Assembly: GCF_032444005.1 (NCBI RefSeq)
Contig: NC_091288.1
Span: 204,724,001-204,788,000 of the forward strand
Length of the DNA: 64,000 bases
DNA from: Ranitomeya imitator
Taxonomy: Eukaryota
Direction of reading: 5' to 3'
Shown: positions 63,601 through 64,000 of the stretch, piece after piece
How positions within the stretch are numbered: the first letter of the stretch is position 1
Layout: every line of letters begins with the position of its first letter
Translations under genes and position numbers: made by a program
The notes under the pieces: model-generated
Database searches by the model: none
What the model was told of the DNA's origin: nothing
Seen by the model: only the letters and a program-made list of their open reading frames with translations

Positions 63601-64000
63601 GTGGATTGTTGTCACCTTTGCCTATCCCGAAGAGGCCTTGGACGCACATTTCCATGGACTTTATTTTGGATCTCCCTGTCTCTCAAAAAATGTCCGTCAT
63701 CTGGGTTGTGTGTGACCGCTTTTCTAAAATGGTTCATCTTGTACCCTTGCCTAAGTTGCCTTCCTCCTCTGAGTTGGTCCCTCTGTTTTTCCAGAACGTG
63801 GTTCGTTTGCATAGGATTCCGGAGAACATCGTTTCTGACAGGGGATCCCAGTTTGTGTCTAGATTTTGGCGGACGTTCTGTGCTAAGATGGGCATTGATT
63901 TGTCCTTTTCGTCCGCATTCTACCCTCAGACGAATGGCCAGACGGAGCGAACTAATCAGACCTTGGAGACTTATTTGAGGTGTTTTGTTTCTGCTGATCA
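60672..64000 (+). CDS. Gag-Pol polyprotein (Gag, CCHC, protease, RT, RNase H, integrase), 3'-incomplete
   Basis: CFYCGDSAHVISAC, VDSGA, IDYRLLN, VYLDD, VDAS, TDHKNL, GHPG/HHCC and SDRGSQF are all in one frame (codon starts divisible by 3, checked at 61371, 61521, 62451 and 63651). The ORF track lists no stop-terminated ORF in this frame. Confidence 0.92.
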   Translation, partial: MDVQSLASSLNNLAAKVQNIQDFVVHAPMSEPRIPIPEFFAGDRSSFLNFRKNCKLFLSLKSRSFGDPAQQVKIIISFRRGDRQNWAFALAPGDPALLNVDAFFLALGLLYEEPNQEIQAEKALLALSQGQDEAEIYCQKFWKWSVLTQWNECALAAKFRDGLSEAIKDVMVGFSAPTGLNESMTMAIQIDRRLRERKPVHHLAVSSEQALGTMQCDRVQSRSERQNYRRKNGLCFYCGDSAHVISACSKRTKKVDKSVAISTLQSKFILSVTLICSLSSISVDAYVDSGAALSLMDWSFANRCGFSLEPLEVPIPLKGIDSTPLAMNKPQYWTQVTMCMTPVHQEVIRFLVLYNLHDVLVLGLPWLQTHNPVLDWKTMSVLSWGCQGVHDDAPPISIASSTLSEVPVFLSDYRDVFEEPKLSSLPPHRDCDCAIDLIPGSKFPKGRLFNLSVPEHTAMRDYVKESLEKGHIRPSSSPLGAGFFFVAKKDGSLRPCIDYRLLNKITVKYQYPLPLLTDLFARIKGAKWFTKIDLRGAYNLIQIKQGDEWKTAFNTPEGHFEYLVMPFGLSNAPSVFQSFMHDIFHEYLDKFMIVYLDDILFFSDDWESHVQQVRKVFQVLRANSLFVKGSKCLFRVQKISFLGYIFSPSTIEMDPVKVRAICDWTQPASLKSLQKFLGFANFYRRFITNFSSVVKPLTDLTKKGADVADWSPAAVEAFQELKRRFSSAPVLRQPDVSLPFQVEVDASEIGAGAVLSQRSSDCSVMKPCAFFSRKFSPVERNYDVGNRELLAMKWAFEEWRHWLEGARHRVVVLTDHKNLIYLESARRLNPRQARWSLFFSRFNFVVSYLPGSKNVKADALSRSFVPDSPGNSEPTGILRDGVILSAVFPDLRRALQEFQAGKPDRCPPERLFVPDSWTSRVISEVHSSALAGHPGIFGTRDLVARSFWWPSLSRDVRSFVQSCEVCARAKPCCSRASGLLSPLPIPKRPWTHISMDFILDLPVSQKMSVIWVVCDRFSKMVHLVPLPKLPSSSELVPLFFQNVVRLHRIPENIVSDRGSQFVSRFWRTFCAKMGIDLSFSSAFYPQTNGQTERTNQTLETYLRCFVSAD

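Larger units (their letters stand above)
59767..64000 (+). mobile_element. Ty3/Gypsy LTR retrotransposon (Tf1/sushi-like), running off the window end
   Basis: 5' LTR, PBS-position motif and an uninterrupted gag-pol frame. Confidence 0.95.

Noticed and set aside
60687-63978. Short ORFs listed by the track over the Gypsy region
   Set aside because: They are off-frame or antisense shadows of gag-pol, which the track omits because it has no stop in the window.

Overview
Vertebrate genomic DNA, most likely a frog (inferred from Xenopus XlCGF/XlCOF-type zinc-finger genes and the anuran-type transposon content), with two N gaps. Four host genes are supported: a PRR35/ZNF750-family gene (+, coding exons 11925-13378 and 13749-14379, 694 aa), a divergent ASB8 (-, three coding exons, 279 aa), and two tandem C2H2 zinc-finger genes (-, about 544 and 495 aa) that appear to lack a KRAB/FAX N-terminus. 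The rest is mostly nested transposable elements: Tc1/mariner, PIF/Harbinger and Kolobok/T2-type MITEs, a Helitron, piggyBac-like non-autonomous elements, CR1, L2 and Rex1 LINE pieces, two Penelope-like (PLE) insertions carrying minimal hammerhead ribozyme motifs, and a Ty3/Gypsy element whose gag-pol frame is open to the window end. The most notable observations are: (1) hammerhead motifs, one sense-oriented in a ZNF intron; (2) a 9-nt Tf1-like self-priming complementarity in the Gypsy element; (3) near-identical 5' regions on otherwise diverged ZNF paralogs, dated by filled and empty insertion sites; (4) a tandem satellite of CTCF-like motifs between ASB8 and the ZNF cluster; (5) a 405-bp direct repeat bracketing the ASB8 coding exons. 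Family names rest on recalled motifs; no database search was run. No CRISPR, tRNA or rRNA was found.
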